Shown: positions 1 to 13,349 of the stretch, in pieces | How positions within the stretch are numbered: position 1 is the stretch's first letter | Layout: each line of letters begins with the position of its first letter | From: Eledone cirrhosa | Lineage: Eukaryota | Length of the DNA: 64,000 bases | Direction: 5' to 3' | Assembly: GCA_964016885.1 (NCBI GenBank) | Contig: OZ024743.1 | Location: 216,318,001 to 216,382,000 of the forward strand | Notes under the pieces: generated by a model | Database searches by the model: none | What the model was told of the DNA's origin: nothing | The model's input: the letters and a program-made list of their open reading frames with translations, nothing else | Program-made: the position numbers and the translations under genes

Positions 1-607
1 CGCTTCAGAGTTAAGAATAAAGTAAATAAAATACAATACAGAGGTAATTGAAATCAAATAAATACATACACGCGTCCAAATACGTACAAACACAAGCATA
101 CGCGAAAACACTCGCCATAGGTATACAAAACCATGCACATATAAGTATGTGTGTGTGCGTGTATACAAATAAATAAATAATTAAATAAACGTATATAAAT
201 AAATAAAGAAATACGTATATAACAAGCGCACACACATACCTACATGTAAATACACAAACGTACGGAGACCACGTCAACCAAAACATGAAGTACACATATA
301 CACACACCCAACATACGTACGAACCCGCATACTCACACAGACGCAACACTTCCCTATACACATAACCAAAAGCATATGTACCAGAATATATAAAAATATA
401 CACCATAACATATACAATCAAATATACGTACGAGAAAGTATACGTACCTTCACAAAACATACAGGTAATATATACTTACCTATGCAAATAAGTAATGGTA
501 TAAACATAATATATACTTAGCTACCACACCAAGACGTAAAATATCCACGCATAGATCGTACTATCCATTAAGGGTATAATGTGGGGCTGTAATACAGGAA
601 AGTATTA

Positions 608-638
<31 letters not shown>

Positions 639-640
639 AC

Positions 641-1312
641 ATGTTTTTAATTAAACATACGGTATATTGCCAAATACACTATACATACATTCATGTATAT
701 ATCGCTATTTCAGAGCACCATTCTTATTTTTTATTTTTGTTGGATCGACAATCGCTCTGTATAATCAGTTCTTGATTGTTACTGGAATTCTATAAGAATC
801 CAGACTCTATAATTTTCGGAAGAAGCGGAGAGTACGTTGCCATGAGGAACACCAACAATGTGAAACAGAATATATCAGCTTCTCTCCCTTTCTTTGCCGG
901 AAAAAGAAGTGACATGGTCACTACTTTAAAATGATAGTGCAAGGTCTTCAAAATGTTTTTAATTAAACATACGTTATATTGCCAAATATACTATACATAC
1001 ATCCATGTATACATCGCTATATCAGAGCACTAATCCTAATTTTTAACTTTTGCTGGACCGGCAATCGCTCTGTATAATCAGTTCCTGATTGTTACAGGAA
1101 TTCTATAAGAATCCAGCCTCTATAATTTTGAGCAGTACGTTGCTCTGAGGCTCACCAACTGTGTGAAATAGAATCTGTTAGTTTCTTTCCCTTCCTTTGC
1201 TGAAAGAATAAGTAATTGACATAGTCACTACTTTAAAATGATAGCGCAAGGTCTTCAAAATATTTTTTAATTAAACATACGGTATATTGCCAAATATACT
1301 ATACATACATTC
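641..1312 (+). repeat. ~310-bp tandem repeat (2 units plus start of a third), each with a decayed hammerhead motif
   Basis: ttttaattaaacatac(g)gtatattgccaaata recurs at ~641, ~953 and ~1261; flanked by (TA)n; degenerate HHRs at ~836-880 and ~1141-1183. Confidence 0.75.
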
Positions 1313-1314
1313 AC

Positions 1315-1427
<113 letters not shown>

Positions 1428-2089
1428 GCATTGTTATTTGGTGTTGTTGAAAAGAGCAGTGGCCTTTGACCAGGCAATAAAAAACTGCAGACAAAATTAT
1501 TTCTGTACCCAAAACAAGGCACACACAGACACACACACAAGTTTTTTTGTGTGTGTGTGTGTGTTAGTGTGCGCGCGCGTGTGTGTGTGTGTCTATCTAT
1601 GTATATATATATATAAGGGATACAGATAATGTTTATTTACTGTCACCAATCATCTCAATTCATTCGTTGCACCTTAGTTTGTGATCGAGGCACTTTATTT
1701 TGCAAGGTACTATTTTTCCCTTGAGTTGTGATTCAAGAGAAAGGTAAGAATTCCTTCATATTTTGCATCTTTTGTATTTTGACTTTACAGTTTGAATTGT
1801 AGAATTGTCTATCCACTCAAACAGCTAACAGTGAAATATAGAATTTAAAAAAAAAGCTTTTTCGACTGAGATCGAATCTTTGAGAACATTCACGTCTATT
1901 TTTTTTAAATATATAATTTGAAATAGCTTGCTTTTGTTTTGAAACTTTTTTGTATTTAATTCGTACGAGTATTTTTTAAAGATTCTAACTGATATTATAA
2001 TCAGTAGTATATTTAAAAATAGAAAAATAGGGTAAGGGGGCTTTTCGTGATATTGAGGAGCAATATTGGCCGAAATGGGTTGAGTGAAA

Positions 2090-2565
2090 TAGAGATGGGT
2101 GTACTCCATATGCACGGTACAAACTCTGTGAAAGAGAAGTGTGGATGCATTATCAGAACAGGCTATACTTGCAAAAAGCATGATATCGCTTTGACAGGGT
2201 TGGATGCTGAATATTTACCATTATCCATGTGTAATCTCCCCTCTTACGAATAACGTATTTAAAAATTGTCTCATAGAGAATAATGCGAAAAACCCATCAT
2301 ATCAATATATAATATAGGTAAACGGAGTTATAGTAATTATAATCACTAGTAATTATAATCACATTACTTTCTCAATGAAACAACATTTGAATACGTTATT
2401 CTTAAGACGGCCAATTAAACATGTATTATTGTAAGTATTCGCCATCCAGCCCGGGCCAAGCGATATCATGCTTTTTTTGCGAATAAAGACTGCTCTGATA
2501 AATTCATCCGCAATTCTCTTTCACATTGTTTGTGCCGTGCTTATGGAGGACACACATCGCTATAT
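2090..2565. mobile_element. Old MITE/fold-back-like element with ~130-bp diverged inverted arms
   Basis: 2098-2222 (catatgcacggtacaaac...gcatgatatcgctttgacagggttggatg) is the diverged reverse complement of ~2425-2555. Confidence 0.55.
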
Positions 2566-2820
2566 CACTTCATCGGTGGAATGATTCTTACAAATAGTAT
2601 ATCAATCTTTCGCATCGTTGGGAAAGGTTTCGAACATCACTATGGAACCTGCATTTTTTGGCGAGAAATTGATATATATAATGAAAGCACGTGGCTGAAT
2701 GGATACTACACCATTCGTACCCCGAGACGTTTTATGTTTGGAAATGTATTCGCGATGAGATTCTTTCACTTGCACTGCACCTGAGTCTTGTTTGGGAATT
2801 GAATGATTATCATGCTCCAC

Positions 2821-2950
2821 TTAATTTTTCTCAAAGACATCAGATCCATACTTGATGATCTTCCTCCATATGCGGCCTTGGGCTAGTTTCTCCAAGTTCT
2901 CCATATCAATCTTCAGAGCTTTAAGATTGTCTTGTATGACATCAAACCAT
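2821..2950 (-). mobile_element. RTE-type LINE 3' fragment
   Basis: WFDVIQDNLKALKIDMENLEKLAQGRIWRKIIKYG resembles the C-terminal motif of RTE-clade ORFs. Confidence 0.55.
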
Positions 2951-3939
2951 ATTGTATATATGCTGTGTAATACTAGTTGATATATTAATGTATTGTACAA
3001 GTTAATAGCCCTGAAATTAAGTAACATTATATTACTAAGTGAGAAATATATCTCTGGAGCACAATGTATCCCTAAGTCTATTCTAGGGGTATTATTTTGT
3101 AATTTATTTAGCGCTTAATTCTTATGTAATTAGAGATTTCATTACCTGAAATAATGTGTATGTTAACACATAAAACATTAAAACAGATGTGCAATGTCAA
3201 TTCTATAGCTATAGGAAAATGCTAATAGGAAACAAATGCATCAAAAGGTTCTTCTTCCTGTGTAAATGGCTTCCAAATTCAAGGTTAATAAATAGTTATC
3301 CTATTGAATATTAATTAATTGAGTGTGTGAATGTATGACACTACGATTATTTCATCTAAATATATATATGAAAATATATGAGTAAAAATTATTAATATAT
3401 ATCCTAATCTGGTTACATATATCCTTATCTGGTTAAAGTGCCCTCGTTTAGATATTCGACAAAATGCAATAAAGCGTCATAAATGTGAGACGTTGTGTTG
3501 CGAATAGACTCTATCGTAATACCACGTGAGAAACAAAGACTCAAATTAAAGGGTTTTTAATGAAAGTCCAGTAACACTCATATTACAACACCCCCAACAA
3601 ACATATAGATACATAACTCAGCGCTAGTAAAATCGCACGCGCTCATGTGTAACAAGCGATTTCTGCGTACATTACATATCTATAATCATATGGCAGGAAA
3701 AGCACATTAACGTAAAAAAAAACGGCAAAGATGTATACGCACAATCATATACAAGCATACATACGCACGCGTACATACAAGTACGCACGCGTACATACAA
3801 GTACGCACACACGCATGCACACAACTATACGTATATAGTTATTGTTACGCCAGGAAAGTTTTAAACCAGAGATTGCATTGAAATACAAACCAACGAAAAC
3901 TATCTTATTGGAATTACAGTTTATATCCCTTTTATTAAA

Positions 3940-4060
3940 GCATGTGTTAGAGGTTAGGGAACTGGATTCGCAATCGTGGGGTTTCGAGTTTGGTTCCCAG
4001 GCATGGCGTTTCGTTATATCCTAGAGTCTGACAGCTTATTTCACGTTGCTCTTTCTGCCA
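3940..4060 (+). mobile_element. Decayed tRNA-derived SINE head
   Basis: ggttagggaactggattcgcaatcgtggggtttcgagtttggttcccag has A-box/B-box-like tRNA organisation. Confidence 0.4.
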
Positions 4061-5340
4061 GGAGTTGCGATATGTAGGTAATATCAGTAATGGAAAAACA
4101 AAAACATTGTTTCCTTAGTCCGATTTTACGATTTCCATCCCATTATGGAATGGAAAAATCCTGTTAGTACGTGAATTCATTGCAGTAGTTGTTTATCTTC
4201 TGGGAGGTACTGAGAACCAATATGGTACAATTGATCACATATATGGTTTTTCCATAATCACAGTTCAATTGTCAATATTTATTGACTGATTATTTAAAAT
4301 CTTTAATTCATAGTGTGTAACTTCATAAAGATAAGGATGCTAAATCTGGCAGATCACTCATCCGTGTATTCATGTATCCTGTAGTATGTATAAATAAATA
4401 AAATGTACTTTATTCCATCAAATTTTTCATCATTATGATAAGGGTAACAAACGATAAGAATTATGGAAATATTTAAAAAGTATATAGTGTTTGTTTACGG
4501 CCTATTTTTAATTTTCTCAAATATTCATTCACCTACCTCGGCTAATAAGTACTATTGAATTACTGAGATGCATCATATCGAAATACACAATTCAAAGGAT
4601 TTGGATTGTTGAATGAAATCATTACAAAACCCTGACATCGTTGTATAATCATTGACTGCGCATCTCCATAGTAACATGACAAGTACGTAATTTGCTTTTA
4701 TATCGGTCTCTCACGTTGGGAGTAAACATGGATTTACAGTTTTCTGAGAAGAGTTGAATCATAGGAAAGTAACTTTGATAGAAAAATATATTCGCGAATA
4801 AGTTTAGAAAGTAGGATCATCCTAAGATAAAGTGATTAAGTGATAAAGACATGAGGCAAACATAAAGCAACTATATAATACGTTTAATAATAAAATAAAA
4901 ATAAAGAAGAAAATATATTCTTACCCATATTTCGTTCTTTCGTTCATATTGTTTGTTTATATTACTCGTGTTTTTCATTTAATTACAATGTAGATAATGG
5001 ATATTAAGCTACCTCGGTTTAGCTTGATAGATTTCGACTTCGTCAAATATGGAATCGGATTATAAATATCATACAGTTTCATCTTTATTATAAATCCTTC
5101 TAAATCCCTATCTTTCGTTCGCTTTCTCTATCCATATCGTTTCCTCTAAGTGTCTATATATATATATATATATGTGTAAGTGTGTGTGTGTGTTTGTGTT
5201 TGTGTGTGCGTGTGTATGTAAGTATGTATGTGTACATGTACCATGACACAAGCACGCGCATATAGTTGTATATATATATATGTATATATGGAGAAGTAAA
5301 TATATATATATATAATATATATATAAATATATATATATGC

Positions 5341-5570
5341 AGAGGTTATATTTAATGTTGGGATACAAGCTAAAAATATTTGTATAACTTATATAAAGCA
5401 CTCGACAAATAATTGGAGTAAATATACAATATCAATATTTATTTATAAAACTAATCTGTATTGTATTTTATCTGATGAAAGCGCACCATAATTTGCCTTG
5501 GTGGCCCTTGAAATATGTATAATAAAATAAATATGGTTTATAAATATAGTTTCCATTTGTTAATATATTG
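5341..5570. mobile_element. PLE pLTR fragments (family B): inverted tail plus HHR-bearing arm
   Basis: Homologous to 13140-13340; HHR-like ctgatga...gaaatatgta at ~5472-5519 (+). Confidence 0.65.
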
Positions 5571-5580
5571 TGTGTATATA

Positions 5581-5626
<46 letters not shown>

Positions 5627-5628
5627 CG

Positions 5629-5690
<62 letters not shown>

Positions 5691-5747
5691 GAGGGATAAC
5701 TCTTTCCCTATATATATATATATATACATGTAAATATATATATATAT

Positions 5748-5801
<54 letters not shown>

Positions 5802-5803
<2 letters not shown>

Positions 5804-5960
5804 CTAAGGAAATGTGGTAAGGAACCAGGTGGACCATGACGCACCAAAGTACTCAATACTTAGGGTAGTAGAGTGGTTAATAGGAACGAGTAGGACCCCG
5901 ACGGCTGAGCGAATTAGCCGTCGAAACGGCTTGAGCGCAGCCGTCGGGGTCCTACTCGTT

Positions 5961-5963
<3 letters not shown>
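5802..5963. mobile_element. Mini fold-back made of two inverted pLTR tips (family F/G) in (TA)n
   Basis: Left arm aactaaggaaatgtgg...accccgacggctgagc; right arm gaattagccgtcgaaacggc...gttcct; (TA)n on both sides. Confidence 0.8.
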
Positions 5964-6019
<56 letters not shown>

Positions 6020-6435
6020 CTATGCAACATATCTTTCACCTCATTTTCTGATATTGCCTCTTACTCCTATTTATCAATCCTCGTTCTTTTGCTTTCTCAA
6101 ATCTTATATTACACAGATTATATATCCTTATTCAAGTTAATTAAATGTATATTTACATGTACACAGAATTAAATGTAATTGTTACATGTAATTAGAGTAG
6201 CACGTAAATATACGTATACGAATATATATATATATACGTGTGCGCGCGTGCGTGCGTGTGTATGTGTGTGTGTTTTTGTGTTTATTTTTCTGTGTGTGTG
6301 TTTGTGTGTTTATTTGCGTGTGTGTGTGTGTGGAAGGGGGTGCATGTGTGGATAACCAAGGGTAGATAAAATAAATATACGGAAGTTCGCCTGATGAGAA
6401 AGGGTTGATACTACGGAACCAATTCACTTACATAT

Positions 6436-6495
<60 letters not shown>

Positions 6496-7256
6496 ATCTA
6501 TCTATCTATCTCTCTCTCTCTCTCTATTTATCTTATATATTAGTTATGTAATAAACAATATAAGATAATTGTTTCATTTACCAGTTGTTATGTCTGTCTT
6601 CGGTCGTCAGAATGAATAAATAACATGGTGTTTTTATTAAATATGGATTTAAAGACAAAATTTAGGAAATATGAAAGTGAGGCTGAAAAAACGGGCAGAA
6701 AGGAAATAGGGGAAAAAAAATAGACATATAAATAAAAATAAAAATAAACACCCAGAACATAAACATACACACACTCAACCACGCGCATCTACGTAATAGT
6801 ACCTAGACGTATACTTTCTCACATAAGCGTATTTACGTCTACATAGAAATACGAAGAGGAACATAAATAGATACACATGCAACAACACAGATATATATGC
6901 ACTCAAATATGTACACACAAATACACAAGCACATATAAAAAGTGGGATGTATACACACATAAATACATACAAACATACAAACACAGAAACACAAAAAGTT
7001 CTATAAATACGCGCACGTGTGTATATATATATAAATATATAAATATAAAATCAGCAACAATCCCATTTCGGAGAGTAGAAGAAGCGAAACGTAACGCAAA
7101 TTCCGGGTCATTCGGGCAAGCGCTCTATAGTTTAACAGACTAGAGCAACAAACATACATTATAGAGGCCATACAAAAGAAGGCGGTCAAGAAGCTATAGA
7201 TCACCTAAGCCAAAAAACAAGTCAAGCTAAACAGGTCAGACAAAATAAATGACATA

Positions 7257-7320
<64 letters not shown>

Positions 7321-7423
7321 CAAATAACGAAACGAAATTAAATTTCGTTTCGCTTCTAACTCACTTTTGTATGACTGACGCTTAAACAATTAAGTTAAAG
7401 TGTACATCTACATATGTATACAT

Positions 7424-7650
7424 CTATATATAGAAAAAGCATATAACGATATGTGCTTTTACAATTCTCCAGAGAAGCCGGAAGATGGGTAAATATTGCT
7501 GATGAGATGTAATAACATCGAAACTAGTCCAATGTTCCTGTCTGGCCCTCTGGAGAATAGAGGAAATGTGTTTCCTTGAAAACTCGTATGACTCTAAAAC
7601 CCGGTCCGCCTGTGTGGTTACATACAGACTAGCTGACACTCACTGTAAAG
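7424..7650 (-). mobile_element. RTE-like LINE fragment (post-RT region)
   Basis: ADRVLESYEFSRKHISSILQRARQEHWTSFDVI resembles the RTE region downstream of RT. Confidence 0.35.
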
Positions 7651-7757
7651 TGTCTAGTGAAAAACTCAGTACATGTACATATGTATTCATGTGTGTATTT
7701 ATATGCATACTAATACTTCCGTATACATATGTAGATGTACACTTTAACTTAATTATA

Positions 7758-7791
<34 letters not shown>

Positions 7792-7884
7792 AATATATAT
7801 ATATATACACACACACGTACACATACGTACTCATACAAACATATATACATGCATACACACACATACATATATACACATATATAT

Positions 7885-7964
<80 letters not shown>

Positions 7965-7966
<2 letters not shown>

Positions 7967-8492
7967 TGAACGAGTGTGACCTTTTAGTCCAGCCAGCGAC
8001 TTGAAAACTCTGCTACAAACACTACACTTGTGAAAATTATTGACACATAGTGCTGGGCCCATGGTAACATGTGACAAGTGCAGAGAGATCTCCAGATATA
8101 AAGCAATGCCTGTCCCGTGAAGCTTTTATAGTGAGCAAAGGCACTGCACAAAGCCAGTCCCACTCTCTTAATCAAGATGATAATTACCAAAAAGAAGAAC
8201 AAGTCAACATCATTGAATACCATCAGGTTTGCAGGTGTTATATCATAGCTTTCCTTCTCCTAGTATTCTGCCTTGACAAAGGCTAAGGTGTCATATCACC
8301 CGGTGATTTTGGATGGCCATTGACTCTTAAGAACTCCTTTGCCCTTTCGCAGGTTTTGTTTTTAGTCCTGCAGGATGTCCAAAGTCACACTCCTCACCAA
8401 GAAACCTTGGTGCGGTTGCAAGTTTAGTCGCCAACGACCCGACCATGAGACAGGTTGTACTGGGATACATGTTAGCATTAGCACCAACTGGT
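7965..8492 (-). mobile_element. RTE-derived internally deleted element (5' UTR-like part plus C-terminal C2H2 finger)
   Basis: HKCSVCSRVFKSLAGLKGHTRS C2H2 motif at the 3' end; GC-richer 5' part; flanked by (TA)n. Confidence 0.5.
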
Positions 8493-8689
8493 ATATATAT
8501 ACATATACATACACACATATATATATACATATATACATACACATATATATGTATATATAAGCATACAAACATACAAACACACACACATATATATGTATAT
8601 ATATAAAACAATTAATATACATACGCATATATATATATGCATACATATATATATATTATTATGTAATAAACAACATAAGGCAATTATTC

Positions 8690-8743
8690 CATTTACCAGT
8701 GGTTTCTTAAAAGCAAAAGGCTTTGCTTTCAATCCTCAGAATG
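8690..8743 (-). ncRNA. Type I hammerhead ribozyme motif (PLE family A pLTR)
   Basis: Minus strand: CAUU-CUGAGGA-UUGAAAGCAAAG CC UUUUGCUUUUAA-GAAA-CCACUGG-UA^AAUG. Confidence 0.8.
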
Positions 8744-8893
8744 AAATAATCCTGGTTTGTTTATTGAATTTGTATTTTTAAAAACAAAAATGCAATGTAT
8801 ATGAAAGTGAGGCTGGAGAAGGAAGAAGGAAAGGAAAAATAAAATAAAACTACACATGCAAACACACACACAAAAAAACACAAAAGCATACAT

Positions 8894-8989
<96 letters not shown>

Positions 8990-9114
8990 AGATCAAAAGA
9001 TGGTTAAAGGAGTTCAATATATTTTATTATGCGCATTTCAAAAACAAACATCATCAAACAATAATATTTGTGTTTTCATCACATAAAACAGGAGAACATG
9101 ATATGAAGGCTAAA

Positions 9115-9177
<63 letters not shown>

Positions 9178-9522
9178 AATATATATATGTATATATATAT
9201 ACATATATACATATACACATATATACATACATACACATATATACACATACACATACATACACATATACACATACATACACTCATACATACACACACACAC
9301 ACACCCACACACATATGTATATGTAATTATATACACACACACATATATATGTATATATATATACATAAATATAAACACACACACACACACATATATATGT
9401 ATACATACACACACATATACATACATAGCTAAACAATTATACACATACAAATACGTACATATCATAAACACGCACAACCAAATACAAACACACACACACA
9501 CACATACATATATATATACACA

Positions 9523-9578
<56 letters not shown>

Positions 9579-9715
9579 AATATACATATGCATACACATA
9601 CACACACACACATGCATGTGTGTATGTGTAAAACTCAGTCTTAGATAATTCATATGAACCTTACATATACATATATATAGTAGTAAAGTAATAAAGCAAC
9701 ATAAGGCAATTATTC

Positions 9716-9769
9716 CATTCACCAGTGGTTTCTTAAAAGCAAAAAATGTTTCCTTCAATCTTCAGAATG
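9716..9769 (-). ncRNA. Hammerhead motif, family A, G17 variant (probably inactive)
   Basis: CAUU-CUGAAGA...GAAA-CCACUGG-UG-AAUG; cleavage triplet is GUG. Confidence 0.65.
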
Positions 9770-10089
9770 AAAAAAACCTGGTCTATCCACATATACATAC
9801 ATATACACACACAAATATATACATATATATACACATACACATACACACACATACATATATATATATACATACATATATACATACATATATATACACACAA
9901 ATATACATACATATACACATAGGTATGCGATGGGCAAGGCAAAAAGAATATATGGGGGGGGGACATAAGAAAAGGTGAAATATAAGGGGAGGTAAGGGAG
10001 AAAAAAATAAGTAAATAAACAAGAGTACAGAACGTAGAATCAGCAAAATAAAAACCGTAGCAGAAGTAAAGAGCAGAGAAGTAGTTCAA

Positions 10090-12060
10090 GGCGGTTGATT
10101 TATCATAGGAGTGTCAATCCAGTTACAGATCAGATGCGATTTCAGATGAGGACAGCATCTGAAGATCTCAGTCTTTGGGTTAAGGCAAGCGGAAGTGGCT
10201 CTCAAGTTTAGCAAAATCCTATACTTTTCTGTGGTACACAAAGAACAATTCTGTGTGCCCCTTTGGTACTCCCTCTAATGGTCTAATATAGACCAATCAA
10301 TAGAGTACGGGATGGTACTATCCTTGACTTCCCACACCTTAATTGCGAGGGCTGTTGATGTTCGTTTATCGGAGTGCTTAAAAGAAGCGACATGTGAGTA
10401 AAATCTGGTTTTAAACCTGTCCTGGGTCATACCGACTTATCGCTCACTCCTGGCTGGCTGGTTGTTGATTACCGGTGTTATCTTAGCCTCATAAACGACA
10501 GATTTGGTGTTACATTTACCCTGCAATGGGCATTCATCCGGCTTCCTGCAACTACATCCTGGATTTATTCTCGTACGGTTTGAACTGGTGATTTGGGACT
10601 TCATAGATGGGCAACAAGAGTAGCTGATCTTAACTACGTTCCTATTAAATATCTTATAATATCTATGATTAGGAGGAAAATGTTTGTCTAATAGTTCAAG
10701 GAATTTCCCTCCTACATTAGTTTTGACAGTTAGAGAGAAGGGGGGTGTGACCCAAATAATCTTCCTTTTCCTCTTATTGTGGTAAGTTTTAGGGGGGGGG
10801 GTAGGTAAATAAGACATTTTTTCTGTAAAACCGCTGTTCTTAAGGGCTTTGGTATAATAAGGGGCGGCTTTATTAAAAATGTCTATAGACGAAGATAAGG
10901 TAGAAATCCTATGGCTAATGTTAGGAATAAGATTATTAAAAACTATAGGGGGATGGCAAGACTCTTTGTGTATATACCTAAGATTTTCATTAGGTTTATG
11001 ATAGGGTTTAAAAGAGGCAGTAAGTAGATCAAGATTAATATCAAGAAAGTTAGCATTAGTAAGGTTCGTATCTATAGTAATTTTAAGGTTAAGATTAGCA
11101 AAAGTATTGATTAAATCTTTACGGAATTTATCAAGGTTATGGCCGTTGGTGGTATGAGAAACTGCTAATCCGTCATGACGGTATAAACCGATATTATGGG
11201 ACGGAAATTTCTCTTTGAGGGTGAGGAGAAGGAATAATCCTACTAAGTCACACACATCTGCACTGTCATATGAACCCATTGCGATTTCAAAAGAGTTTTC
11301 AGGTTTTGACTTTTTAACCCAAATATTATCATTAGTAAGAAGTAAAGTTTTTCTAGCATGAAAGATAATGTCTTCTTCTAATTTAGAAATATTAATGAAG
11401 GGTCTTGCAAAATCTAAGGCATTAGTTAATAAGGAAACAGTAATAGAAGGGTAAAAATCGACAATATCAAATTGGGTAAATCTACACTTATTTTTACCTT
11501 GTATATTATTGAACCAAGAAATAACAGAGGAAGTATTTAGCCACTGTGATAGGTCAGTGTTAGTTCTAATTTGGAGAATTATTTTTCTTAAGATTTTCTT
11601 ACTTGCAAGGCCAACCTCGGATTTAGCCGGGTTAATCAGTCTACAACTAGGTCGATTAGTAAAGTCCAAGTTATGGTCTTTAAGGGTAATATATGCTTTA
11701 CGCTTAGCTAAGCTTTCAATCCGGTTATCTATTTGTAAAGAACTAGCTAGTTCTTTAGCTTCTTTATTGATAGTATTGTAGGTATTATTATTAGTTAATT
11801 GATATTTATTGGTAATACTATTAGTTAAAAGTTGGTAATACAAAGTACTATTAACTTCAAAGAGGTTTTTAGTTTTATCAGAAAGAACGAAAGTGTTTGT
11901 AGAATTTTTAAAATTAGAAATATCGTTAGAAAGTTTAGTTTGAAAGTTATTATTATACTTACGAAATTTGATATCACTAATTAGATTAACGAGGTCTAAT
12001 TCGAAGTTGGCCATGTCTTTAATTCTAGGTGGATATTTACGGGATTTGATGGCAAAACAA
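10090..12060 (-). mobile_element. Penelope-like element (Naiad-like), family A, 5'-truncated
   Basis: RT ORF followed in frame, past stops, by GIY-YIG (VGMTQDRFKTRFYSH...CSLCTTEK...FRCCPH); pLTR with HHRs lies to the left. Confidence 0.9.
10437..12014 (-). pseudogene. PLE reverse transcriptase plus linker and start of GIY-YIG (525 aa open; catalytic YRDD mutated to YRHD, premature stop)
   Basis: SDKT, TLKDH, CRLINPAKSE, FDIVDFYPSI, AMGSYDS, LYRHDG, FLDINL, WVTPPF, CSCRKPDECPLQGKC, VVYEA motifs. Confidence 0.9.
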
Positions 12061-13084
12061 TCTATGCAGCGAATTAATTATAAATAGGCCCACAAGGTCC
12101 GTTACCTGAGCTGACTCAGATGATCCCATAGTAATGTCGAAATTATTATCTCTATCTGCCCTAGTCCATAGTTGGTTATTAAATTCTATCAATGTTTTCC
12201 TTGCCGATAATATAATGTGCATTTCATTGCTAGTTAGGTCTGTGTGTTTGAATGCGTAATTTAGTGCCTTATTCATAGATTAGGGGTAATAGATGAATAG
12301 TAGTTAGCAATATCTGGTTGAATAAATTTATTATTATTGTTATATTTAATTTCTTTAAACCACTCAATAGCCTCACCAGTTCCCTTCCACAAGTTTAAGT
12401 TAGGTAAACCATGTAAGTTTTTTATTTGCTGTATCACCCTGTCTAGAATGTTTTTGCTAAGTTTACCCAGGTCAGATTTTGATGGTGCAATCAATCTGAC
12501 TGGCAAATCATTTTCAAAGTTTCTTTTGTGATCTTTCATATTGATCTTGGGTTTCCTAGGCAAGAAGGGTTGTGTTTTGTTCTCAATTTCCAACTCATGC
12601 ATTATACAAGATGCCTCAACATTCATTTTTTCCAGTTCGTCCTTATCTGCTACCTTGTACTTTTTCCTTAGTTCTTTCAGTATACGGCCATTATACATGT
12701 CTTTTTGCACTCCATAAAGGTTGTTGGTTTTGTCCGATTTCACCAAGATCTTCTCTGTTCTCTCCAAGCTTTCAATATTATCCTTAATGCTTCTTAGATA
12801 GTCCTGGCCTTTGAAGTTTCTCTTGAATTTGACTCCTTGTATGATAGAAATTATATCGTTTTCAAAATCCATTAAAAGTTTGTTGGGGGTGGATTTTTTT
12901 TAGATTTGAAAACTTTATCTAAGTCTGAAACATAATCATTTAGATTAGATTTATCAAAGTGGAAGGCACGCCACCTGATTCTTCTTATAAAAGAGTCTGA
13001 TTTTTCTATTAATTGTTTAATAAAGTCTTTGTTCTTAGATAGAGGTATGTCTTTTAGAGAAGAAGATACCTTAAAGAATTCCAT
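12060..13084 (-). pseudogene. PLE family B, N-terminal half of RT ORF (frameshifted) starting at native ATG
   Basis: ORFs 12872-13084, 12273-12872 and 12037-12276: SLKDIP, IRRIRWRA, SDKT, MKDHK, VRLIAPSKSD, ITMGS. Confidence 0.85.
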
Positions 13085-13274
13085 TTTTTTCAGTTATAAT
13101 ATAAAGCGCTCAACGGTATTGGAGCAAAAATATATGCAAAGGTTTTATTTAAAATTGTTGTGTTACAACAAGTAAATATTTTATAACTGATATAAAGCAC
13201 TCAACAAGTTTTGGAGTAGATATACGATATTAAACAAATGGAAACTATATTTATAAAACCATATTTATTTCATT

Positions 13275-13328
13275 ATACATATTTCAAGGATACCATATTA
13301 AAAATATGGCATGCCTTCTTCAGATAAA
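13275..13328 (-). ncRNA. Hammerhead motif in pLTR upstream of family B ORF
   Basis: CUGAAGA-AGGCAUGCCAUAUU...AAUAUGGUAUCCUU-GAAA-UAUG-UA, followed by AAUAAA; stem I is weak or needs a bulged U. Confidence 0.65.
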
Positions 13329-13349
13329 ATACAATATATAAGCAGTTTT

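Noticed and set aside
6388-6430. ctgatgag...ggaacc as a hammerhead
   Set aside because: No GAAA and no convincing stems.
6575-6615. Family A-like HHR on minus strand (CUGACGA...CAACUGGUA AAUG)
   Set aside because: GAAA and stem II are destroyed; only a fossil pLTR.
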